64,000 bases of DNA from Geosiphon pyriformis uo1. Its lineage: Eukaryota > Fungi > Glomeromycota. Numbering within the stretch: the first letter of the stretch is position 1; every line of letters starts with the position of its first letter. The stretch is from the NCBI GenBank assembly GCA_016748015.1, contig JAAOMT010000299.1, positions 912,791 through 976,790 on the forward strand, read 5' to 3'. The position numbers and the translations under genes are program-made. Below the pieces are notes generated by a model. That model did not search any database, was not told where the DNA came from, and saw nothing but the letters and a program-made list of their open reading frames with translations. Below are positions 38,371 through 50,200 of the stretch, piece after piece.

Positions 38371-39054
38371 TATCTCAATTATGTATATATAGTAATAGAA
38401 GTAGAAAAGACAAATTTCTGAATTTAGATTTAATCTAAGCAATCTTCCAATTCACAAATAGTAATAAATAATTATTTGCTATCTTAATCCACTCTTCACT
38501 ATCAACACTTTATGTTGATAGTATTAAATACTTAACCATGCTGGAACAATAGCTCTTAATTATGGCTATTGACAGAATACTAACTTTAATTGCCTTGGCT
38601 TATTTTGCTTTATTGTCTTTATTTTTTTTATTTTTTTTATTTTTTTTATTTTATTGTTGTTTTACTAATTGATTAAGGATTAAAAATGCTGAATTACAGA
38701 TGCCATAAGGACTGGTAAAAGATCCATAATACAAGAGTAGAAAACTCATAGATTTGAGAATAGCTTACCAGAAGAATTACCAACCACTATACTAAGAAAA
38801 AAATTCGATAAAATTGCAATTTCAAGAGGCTACTGAAAACAACTATTGAATCTCTGTTCATTATATAAAAGACTCAACCAAAACCTTCAAATACAAACAA
38901 CCTACAGATATTACTAACATCATTAAGTAAATTAGCACCAAATTACGGGTTTGTTATTTGATTTAAGACCTCAAATAATTATCTGTAATATTTGGTGCTC
39001 CCTATGAGATATAATTTAACAAAGAACCAGTACCAACAGCACCTATCTGAAACA

Positions 39055-42000
39055 ATGGCAGAATTTGAAGAAACAGGGACAAACCATTTGAAATTTGCAA
39101 AATTCTTATTTCAACATTATCACACTCATCTTAGATTAACAAACAATAGTTGGCCAACAGAATCAGCTTTCAATTACTATGTCAACAAAAAAATAGTATA
39201 TTATTTGGAAAACCAAGGAGATCTAAAATCTGTCTTCAACAATTTCTTCAGTGAACTACTTCAAAGCACCATACTACTACAGAATTATTTATTTGCATCA
39301 CTAATCATAGAAATAAATAGAGAAATAGAAAAATACACCAAACAAAAATTCCCCATTATCTTTACTGACAAAGGAAAAGAAAAATTGCAAACACCAGCAG
39401 GAACCCCAAAGCAAATACAATTACTCACTTGGAAAAAACAGAAAGTCAATTCACCTGCTAATCTATCATACTATCACATGCTCAGAAGCACCATCAATAT
39501 AATATCAACAGGTGTGTTCACCACAAACACAACAACACTACTAAACAGAATTCTGTTTCAAAATAAACAGAAGAAAGCAGAGTTATTGGAAACATATAGC
39601 AATTACTTTGAGAGATTTAAGTCACAATTCTCAATGTCATTAGAAACTTGATTACCACTATCACAACCAAATTTCGGAACCATTAGTCCTTGGGAAATTA
39701 CCAATTTTGAGGAAAAGAAAAATAGTAATCAAGAAAATAATAAGAGAAATCTGATTTTAGAAAATCTGAAAGTTGAAACCCCAAACATTCAAACTCAGCA
39801 AAACCCAATTTTAGAAAATCTGGAAATTGAAACCCTGATTATTCCAACTCAGAAAAATCAGAACAATCTATATACTACCTCTATTGTTGCCCAAAACTTA
39901 TTTTCAGTAATCATAATTAATCTATTACCAGTCTTACCAATTGCTGAACAGCAATAGCACAACTACAACCATCATCTTAGCAGCAACTACAACAGCAATC
40001 TCAATCTCAACTTCAACCTTAACTTCAATCTTAACTGCAACAACAACTACTATTAGTACCAATGGCATATGTACTTATTGCCAAAATTGAGAAATTTACT
40101 GGCAAGAAGGATGATGCCCAAGTATGGCTTAATGACATGAAAAAAGCCATTACAGCCAATTGATGGAACAATAATAGAGTCCTTTAAGTAATCCTCTATT
40201 TTCTCCAAAATACTACCAATTCATAGTATTAGAGTTTAGCTGCCAAATTACAAACTTTCCAAAAATTCAAACTGGAATTCATGAAATATTTCAGTAACAA
40301 TAATAGTATTAACTGCTTGGCAAATATCTTTACCACTATCAAGCAAGAAGAAAGTGAAGCAGTTACTATATACCTAAGATGCTTCTACAGGAATCTGTAC
40401 CAAATTCAAGCCATCAATACAAACTATTTTACAGTGGCACAGATCCTAAATCAGTTTATCCATGGACTATACAGTAGTATTCTCCAATATGTACATCCAT
40501 TATATTTAGCTGACTTTCAAGCTGCCATTACTCATGCCAGAGACTTTGAATCAGCCAAATTTAAAGCCAACTATACCCAAGCTGTCAATCTAGTAATAAA
40601 TAGATCATCTGAATTGGATTCTAAGTTAAAACAATTCAGTAATTCTATTAATCAAAAATTAGAGGGATACTTAGCTAACAATCAAGCAATTTATTAACCT
40701 CCACAGTGATACAATAATCAAGAAAACACAAATTGTTTCCAAAATCAGTTGTGTTCATCATTATTGACCAATTAACAGTGGCAGCAAAAGATGTATGTTT
40801 GCCACTATTGTGGTAAACAAGGACATTTAAAAATTGACTACAGATTAAGAATAGATAATTAATGATCAAGAAATCAATATTGAAATCCTAATCACTGGTT
40901 TCAAATTCTGAATTATTAATCAAATTCAGAACCATATCAATCGAATTACTTATCCATGATGCAACAGCCAATTTATCAACCACTAATTTATCAGTCTTTA
41001 GCACCTGTAGTTTATTAATTGCAGTCACAATCTATCTATTAATTGCAGTTCTAAGTAATTTATCAGCCCCAGCAAATTCAAACACCACCATCCAACTCAG
41101 TTCAATTAATCACTGGAACCCAAAAGCTAAAAGTCACCCATATCCAACAAAACTGGAAATCAGTAATGATTATGCATTAACTAATTTCTAGTTCCTCAAC
41201 CCAATTCTTAGAATCACAACAGTAGAGTTTGGAAACAGAATATATTCAAAATCTGAATTCTCAAAACGATTTAAGTCTCCTGGTTATCCCAGAAGACACC
41301 ACATTCAACAGCTTGGAAGCCAACCAAAAGCAGCTACTTACCAACAACATACTGCCAGCAACCATTACTAAAGACAAATCATTTACCATTATCTTTTTTT
41401 TTGAATTCAAGAAACCAGTTAAAATGCCACTATTTAGTAGAGCTGCTCTAAAATCAAAACTCATCACTGCAATATATACAGATACTAAAGTTGATGGTCA
41501 GCCCATTAAACTGATCTTAAACAGTGAATTAGCTGGCAGTATTATTACCTAACAACTTATGGATCAATTAGGTTGCCGAATTGATTGTGCTGCCAGTGTA
41601 CAAATAATCACTACCTATGGAGCAATAAAGACTTTAATAGGCAAAATTGACAATTTTTTCTTTGAAATCAATAGCATTATTACATCAATCAAAGTTCTCA
41701 TCATGGAAGTTATTCAATACTAAACACTAGTTAGTAATGACTGGCTATCCAAGACCAACACTATACTTGATTAGAACACTCAGAAACTACAACTCAGCCA
41801 ACACAGCTAACACACTTGAGTACCAACAATTTGTGGATATTTTAAGACTACTACCAACAAAAAACCACTAATCAAGTTAGAAGAAAAAGAGAAGAAACCT
41901 ATCTGGGAAGCCTACCAAGTCTTGTGGGCTGATCATGATTACAATAAGCTACCACCAATTCTAATTTGGGAAGAAAAAAGAAAAGAAAAGGAAAGAGAAA

Positions 42001-43262
42001 AAGAGTTAACAATAGCCATGACATTCACTTATACACTGCACATCACCACTTGTCAAACCAATTATTATTGACTCAAGCTTATATGTGTTGATTGTAACAA
42101 GAAATTGTCTACAATGAACATATGCTGTAATGACAATAAGAAATGGCAAATTACAACAAAATTCTATTGCCACTCATGTGTTTTTGAACACTTTGGATGA
42201 CCAAAAAGGCAAGGAAAATGGGACAACAAATCTTGTCTCACATGTGAAACTACTTTACCAAATGAAAAAATATGGAATGACATTCTTGAACAAGAAAGAA
42301 CATATGACAAAACATGCCAATACATAATTCTTATAAACAACTGGATAAGAAAAGAGACTTCAATTAACAATACTTAAAAACAAGCACTCAGATGTCTAGA
42401 AGGTTATCCATATGATGAGCATAAGATCTGGAGAATGGCAAGTGCCAAAGTTGAAGGTACTACTCCCAGTGAACTGCTAAAAATTAAAAACAATCCACTT
42501 TCTCTTCCAAAACCCAAATATATCTTTACTTTTGACATCTTTGACAATGTTAAAAACAATTCAGAGCATTTCTACCAACATTACCAAAACCTAACACTCA
42601 CCCAAAAAGAACAGAAGCAGTGTCTAAAACAGATAAACACTCAACTTTGTCAACACTGCTTAATTCTCTGTGACTTTCAATATTGTAATAAGTATGACTT
42701 TATTTATAATCTACTATCATGCATAATTTACATGATCCCAGAAGAGAAAAAACCAATTAGCAGCTGTGTATCAGAATCAGAATCGACATTTGATCCCAAT
42801 TTAAACTCTGACAATGACAACAATAATAATAATAACAGTTCTAGCTTCATTCAAAATGGCAACCAAAATAACAATAATTCAAACTTAAATTCAAATTTTA
42901 AACAATACATTGTGCTCCCTAATCTTACCAAAAAGCAGAAACTGAAATGGTTCAGTAATAATAATGAAGGTATTATGCCAGAACATGTACATGATACCAA
43001 TGCCAGGTTTGATTTGAGATATCCAGGGAAGGATGCCATCAAATTAGAACCATATTCATGCATATGCATTAATCTCATAATAGCACTGGAAATCTCAGCA
43101 ACAACAATAATTCAACTAGCATTGAGAAGTAGTCTAGAAAAAAAAGAGATTAATATAAAAAGAGGAATAATTGACACAGAATATGTAAGAAATATTATTG
43201 TAATGTTACAAAATAATTCAGAAAAAGCCTACATTATAAAGCCAAATGAAAAGATAGCACAG
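39055..43262 (+). pseudogene. A4 gag, protease, Zn-ribbon insert and dUTPase N-half (disrupted)
   Basis: Capsid ATG 40062; CHYCGKQGH knuckle about 40800; LILNSELAGSII; CVDC..CHSC..CLTC; VHDTNARFDLRYP; EKIAQ. Confidence 0.9.
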
Positions 43263-44231
43263 TATTACCAGACAAAATTAGAGATATTATTTAGCATGAA
43301 ATTATTATTATAATTCCCATCATTAATTAACATATATTATCATTTCAAATTATCACTTATTACATTAGCAAAATGTCTAAAATTATCATTTAATTAATAA
43401 CCCAATTTGTATATGACACAAATGTAACCTAATTGCAATGATCAATCATGCAATACCCCGAACTATATAACATTCAAAAAGTTTGCCAAAATAATTGATA
43501 GTTCACTGAAATATCTAATAGTTCGTAGAAATAACTTGTAGTTTGCTGAAATGTATCTTTAGTTCAGCGAAATTGTAGAAAATAGCAAAGTTTGAGTTCA
43601 TAGAATAGTATTACAACAAGTTGTATAAAAGAAGAGTGTCTCTCTTTGAGAAAATGTATCTTACTTCAGATTAAAAAACAATTAGAATAATCCTTTACAC
43701 CCAAAAAACAAATAAATATCAAATAATTTGAAAAGCCAAATTCTTAAATTATTTTTCTTGAAATTAACCAATTCCTACTAACAGTTTGAAATTGACTAGC
43801 TACCAATTTTGGTAAACTGTTAAAGCACTTCCAGGCCTGGATCCAAAATGACTTCTATAAATCATCAGTTTTACTTTTTCTTTTATATTTCTTTTATTCT
43901 CTTTCTTTTCTTATTATAAATCATTTGGGTAGCCTACAGATGAGAATTCCTGTAGAAAAGTTGACTTTCACAGCAAAGTAACTATACATTTTTAGTGAGC
44001 TTCCAGACGAGCAATTCCTGGGAAAGAGTTGACATTTACTACAACATAACTATACAAAGTAACTGGCATGGAATTGGCCATTCTACTTATAAGCCCAGCA
44101 GTTCAAATTATAGGAGATAATTTGAAGATAAATTCAGTTACTGGAGGTTCAACCACATCCAGAAAACAAGAATTCACAGCAAACAGACATCAACAACATT
44201 TAAGAAAAGAGACCAAAAACCTCTGGTAACA
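43263..44231 (+). repeat. B1 5' LTR
   Basis: T(G>A)TTAC...GGTAACA; direct repeat of 52155-53123. Confidence 0.96.
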
Positions 44232-44244
44232 TTTGGTGCTCTCC
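44232..44244 (+). promoter_or_regulatory. Primer-binding site TTTGGTGCTCTCC (not initiator-Met type)
   Basis: TGG starts 2 nt after the LTR end; complementary to a tRNA ending ...GAGCACCA (Ile-UAU or elongator-Met-like acceptor; identity is inference). Confidence 0.8.
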
Positions 44245-44275
44245 TATAGAAACAACACAGCAAAACAACTTCAAA

Positions 44276-47200
44276 GTGGCAACCACACCAGATGCAACAA
44301 CTCTAGAGTATTACCAATCAATTTACACCCACTGCAAGCAAAGATTCAACATTCCAGATGGAATTAAAGTTGTCAAGAAATCAGTATACCAATACATTAA
44401 AAACCACATCAACAATTATTTTTTTGGAAATTACAATATCTTAGAAGTTAGAAGCAATCTTTACAACAATTTAGCACACTATTCACAGTTGAAAACTGAA
44501 GACCTTAACAGTGAAACACTTGCCACTTACTTTCAAGAACTAAATTTTAACATTATTAAGTACTGTAAAGAAACATATCCAGTGCAGTTTCAATATTTCA
44601 TTGATTTTGAATCAGAAACAGAAACAAGCAACAAAGGCAAACAAAAATTGAAGCAATACTCAAAAACCACCCCAAATACCCCAATACTATCAAAAACAAC
44701 TGCCAAACACTTACAAACACCTGAACAAGGAACCAGTTCAAAACTTCTACTTACTATTACACCTTTTCCAGCTTCACTTGCACAAGCACAAACACTTAAT
44801 TTACTCTTGAATTGATTTGTAAGACCAGAAAATTTTATATCACTCAGAAGTTCTACCAGACAGCAAGAACCCCTTCAAACTAGTTCCAATCTTCTTGATT
44901 TTCTATCTGAAAATCAAAGTGAACACTCTGAGACAGCAGCAAATGAAGAAAACGACTCTGAAATAACTAAAAAAGAATCAATAGACAGTAAAAACAAAGA
45001 AAATGAAATGACAGCATAGATCGCAAAAATTCCTGAATTTAATGGAAAAGATATTGAGACCAGTCCCCAAGAATGGCTCGACCAAGTTACTAAAGCTGGA
45101 GATGCAAATAAATGGAATGCTGCCAGAATGTTAAGAACAATTCCCTACTTTTTCAAAGGAACAGCAGGAGAATGGTTTGAAAACTTGGCCACTCTATTTA
45201 ATGATTGGGACACTTTCAAAGCAGCCTTCCTTGAACAGTTCACCGACAATAATACCTCTATCACTCTTCGAAATCGTTTTTGCAATATCAAACAAGAACT
45301 CTTCAAATCTGTTATGATTTATATTGGGAAATTCAACAAACTTTTCAGATGAATTCACCAACTTGAAACTAATGATTATTATTCTGATGCTCAAATCTTG
45401 GATCAATTTATCACTGGTTTAAAGAATAAACTGATTAAAAAGGTTCACCCACATGCCCCAGAAGATTTAAACTCTGTCATTCAGCATGCAAAAAGATATA
45501 AAATGGCCATAGAAGAAGCCAATCATACAAAACTCATGAACTTAGCTATTGGAGAAACCAGCTCAGCAGCTGAAGAAAAAATTGACCAATTTGCAAAGAA
45601 AGTCGAAAACTATTTCACCAACCAACAACAACAGCAACCCCAAAGATATCAACCACTCCAAAGACGGAATCAAAACAACTTCACATCACTTTCTAATAAC
45701 CAGTCTCAGAGTTGCCATTACTGTAGAATTCCTGGCCACTGGAAAAAAGATTGCAGAAAGCTACAATGAGACCAACAAAATAAGAGTAATCAATGTTATC
45801 CTCCACTACAGCAATCTTATTATCAACCACCATCACTAGCTTACTATCTACCAAGACTCCAATATCAAAGTAACTATTATCAGTCTGTTCCACAGCCAAT
45901 TCAACAGCAATACCAACAACCACCCACACAACATTATCAAGTGCCTGCTCGAAGATTAATCCCACAAATTTAATTTACACTACAAAACTGATACCAAGTA
46001 AACAACAATAGAATCAATTCAAACAACTAATTAGTTCTCTGAAATCCAGTTCAGCCAAGACCCACCCATTATTATACTCAACCTAGCTATCTTACAATAC
46101 CTAAAGAACAGGATTTTTATCATACTGCACTCTCGGAAGGTAGAGTTGTAGCATGACAACAAAACCCTTCCTATACTTCTATTACAATTTCATCAGCCAG
46201 AATTGCTGAAAACGCCAACCTTTCAGACATATTCCCTTTTGAGTTTGAAGCAAATAAGTCACCATTTCTGCTCAGCAATGCGGCCACCAATAAACAAAAA
46301 GCAATCACTGCTATGTACACTGAAGCAGAAGTTGAAGAAAAGACAATTCACTTGATCCTAGATAGTAGATCCACCAGAAGCATCATTACCTACCAGTTAA
46401 TACAACAGTTAAAGAGAAATGTCGACCGACCAGCTCAAACAGTAATTGTTACTGCCGATGGCATAAAAAAGACTCCAGTAGGAGAAATTGACAATTTTCA
46501 GTTCACTCTTGATGGAATCATCATTCCAATCAAAGTTCTTATAATGGACGCACCCCAATACCAAGCTCTCGTCAGAAATGATTGGCTTCAAAAAGCCAAT
46601 GCTAATCTGAATTGGGAGACACAAGAGTTAACAATCTTCTATTAAAGACAACACACCCAGGTACCTGCCACTTGTGGTACATTCAACAAACACTCCGAAA
46701 AAGCCCCAGCTTTTGAATTCGAACCGGAAGAAGAAAAGCCCATCATTAAAACATTTATGGCACTTGGATCAACCTTCAATTAAACTGATGAAACTGAACA
46801 ACAGTACTTTTCAACAAATGATTCTCTTGAAACAGAAAAACCAGTGACAACCAGATAGAATATCCCCTATTCAAAACCAGAACCACGAAAACAACGCCCC
46901 TACATTCTACTCAAATGCAAGAACTGCCACAAGAAACTCTCCTCAATGGGAGCCTGCATTTCACCTGAAGAAGAATATGAAAATCATACTTGTTATTACT
47001 ACAAGGCTTGCTATAGAGAACGATAGGGCCATCTAATAAAAAGAAGCGGAAAATGAGATAACATCCCTTGTTTGACTTGTGAAGATATGCTACCAGAAGA
47101 ATGCAATTAGATTGATGTAGCAATGAGAGGAGGAGTCTGCAATCAGATCTGCCAATATGCTTTATCAATTTCAGAAAAAGTAAAAAGAGGAACACCCTTT

Positions 47201-50200
47201 GATGCAGCATACAACAGTGCTCTTAACAAACTGTACCATTACCCTCATGATGCCAAAATGATTTTTGACCTAGCAATGGCTTTAATCAACAAAGCCACTC
47301 AAGAAAATGTTTGTCAAATGAAAGAATCAGAATACATTATATACACCTTTGAAATCACTGGATACAACTACAAAAATGAAGTAGAAGTATATCACTAAAT
47401 TGCCAGTCACACTTACCTGATCAAAGAAGCTCAAGCTCAATGGCTAGAGCAAATGAACGTTAAATTGTGTGAAGAATGCATAATGCCCTGTGATAAGCAA
47501 TGGTGTCCTGAATGCTATGCTCTTAGCATTCTCCTGCTCAGTGAAAACAATAAAAACGAAATTGAATTTGGAGAACCTGAAGCAACAAAAGAAATTAAAA
47601 CAACACCCATCTATTTTATCGAAAGTCAGCCTGTCTTACAACTCAAATACTTTAACAACAATGGACAAGGAATAAAACCTAAAAAAGCACATGAAATTGA
47701 TGCTGGATATAATCTAAGATATCCAGACAAGAATATTTTTGTTCTCAAACCCAAATCTCTCACAAAAATCAATCTCAAAATTGCACTCAAAATCCCGCCA
47801 GGAGCAATGGTTCAAATTGCCTCCTGGTCCTCTCTGGCAAGCAAAGGAATCAATGTCAGAGGAGGAATAATTGATGCTGGATATATGGGAGACATTACAG
47901 TAATGCTTCAAAATAAAACTGACAAACCATTCAAGATTGACCATGCTGAAAAAATTGCCCAAGCTATTTACCTACTCCTAATCAACATTTCGGGTTTGCA
48001 ACTAGTCAATCAAAGAGAACAATTAGGAAAAAGCGATAGAAGAACCCAAGGTTTTGGTTTAACTGGACAATTCACAGTTCCAGTTAATATAGCTCTTAAC
48101 ACACAGAACAAATCCCACCAGATTCTTAGACTTCTACAATCAATTACCATCTCACTTTTTAGAGAACATTTGGAAATCTATACCTGCCCAAAACCAACAA
48201 CCACACAACAAATTTTTGAGTCCAATAAACAAGTCTGCTTGGAACATAATATTTTGATCCCAAACATTTATATTCCAGAAGAAACAAAGAAAATCCAAGT
48301 TACTTTTTACAATCCCAACAATTACCTCATAGTTCTATTAAATAACTTAGAAATTGGAGTCATTCACAGTAACATCTTTCAACAAGAACTACCCCAGACA
48401 GTTCCCAATTTTTCGGAAATCATTGGAGATTCACTACCAAAAATCAACCCAAACCCTAGCTCTGAAAACTACCATGTTGTCATAGAAAAACTATCTTGAA
48501 TCAACATGGGACAACTTGAATCACAACAACAAAACCAGCTCAAAAAGCTAATTGCAGAATTTGCCAATATTTTTGCCAAAAACAACAATAACTTAGGAAG
48601 AACCAATTTGGTCCAACACCAAATTTATATAGGAGATGCCAAACCAAAAAGACAATAAGCATATCAAGTTGCTCCAGAAAGCCACCAATTTATCCAAAAA
48701 GAAGTACAACAAATGCTTAACAATGGGCTCATTCAACCCTCCATGAGTCCTTGGGCTTTACCTGTAGTGCTAATTAAAAAGAAAAATGAAAAGATACAAT
48801 TTTGTGTTGATTATCAACAATTCAACAGTGTTACAATTGGAGATGCTTACCTCTTTTCCTAAATTAATGACATGTTAGATGCCCTTGGAAAATCCAAATA
48901 CTTTTCAACACTAGATTTAGAAAGCAGTTACTGGCAAGTTGCTATGGATCCCAAAGATTGCCCAAAACAGCATTCACTACTCAAGGCAGAAATTATGAGT
49001 TCAATGTAATGTCTTTCGGATTATGCAATGCACCAGCAACATTTCAGAGATTAATAGATGTTGTGTACCAAGGGCTCCTTTGGAAGTCAGTAGTCATTTA
49101 TCTTGACAATACTGATGTTTATTTTCTATTATTCGAATTATACTTAAAACATCTGTGAAAAGTTTTTCAATGATTATGAAAAGCAAGACTAAAACTCAAC
49201 ATCAAAAAATGCTACTTTGGAAAAACAAGCTTGGCCTTTCTTGGTCATATCGTTAGTAAAGATGAAATCAAACCAGACCCTGGAAAAATCAGCACTGTCA
49301 AAAACTTCAAAACTCTTCAAAACGTTACAGAACTAAGAAGATTTGTAGGATTAGCCTCCTACTATCGGAAGTTTATCAAAGGATTCTCAGAAATCGCAAA
49401 ATCTCTCAACCAGCTTATCACCAAAAATGTCAAATACAAATGAACTGCTGAATGCCAAAATGCATTTGAAATCCTCAAAGAAAAACTAATGACAGCTCCA
49501 ATTCTCGCCTATCCAGATTTTAGCAACCGATTCCAATTAGCAACAGATGTCTCTTATACTGCCTTTGGTGCCATCTTATCACAATTAGATGACAACGGAA
49601 ATGAGCAAGTAATTGCTTATGCTAGCAGAACATTAAAACCAGCCGAGAAAAACTATCCTGCCACAGAACTAGAAACAGCAGCCATAATCTGGGCCCTACA
49701 CCACTTCAATCTTTATCTTAGGCCTAAAGAATTCGATATTATCACTGATAATATTGGACTCAAATGGCTTCAGAACAAAAATACTCAGCTGAACACAAAA
49801 CAAACCCAATGGACAGGATTTCTAGCAAACTATCAATACATAGTACATCACAAACCAGGAAAACTCCACACCAATGTTGACTGTCTCTCCAGAATGAGAC
49901 AAGATTAGAAAACACAAAAACCAACACTCAACTTAACCAACCAAAACAGCCAACAAATAATGAATTCGGAAAACTACAACAATCTCAAACAATATTTGGA
50001 AACATTAACAATCCCAACAGATTGGTCTCCAGATGAAAAACATTGACTACAACAACAAACCAAACAATATTTTCTACACAACAACATTATTTATCATTGA
50101 AATTTCAAAAACCCAGACAAACCACTCAAATTAATACAAAAACAGGAAAAAGAGACTATATTATACAACATGCATTCAGATCCTTCATCAGCACACTTTG

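Noticed and set aside
38529-38545. U1 snRNA-like 5' end (ATACTTAACC) in A LTRs
   Set aside because: Only a short imperfect match; no downstream U1 stem-loops or Sm site arrangement recognised.
43934-43960. Hammerhead ribozyme (CAGATGAG and CAGACGAG resemble CUGAUGAG)
   Set aside because: The core is CAG rather than CUG in the copies checked, and no stem II-GAAA-stem III arrangement could be built.
49099-49110. YLDN as a natural variant RT active site in both families
   Set aside because: A single G>A change from YLDD explains it, and D>N changes are pervasive in these copies.
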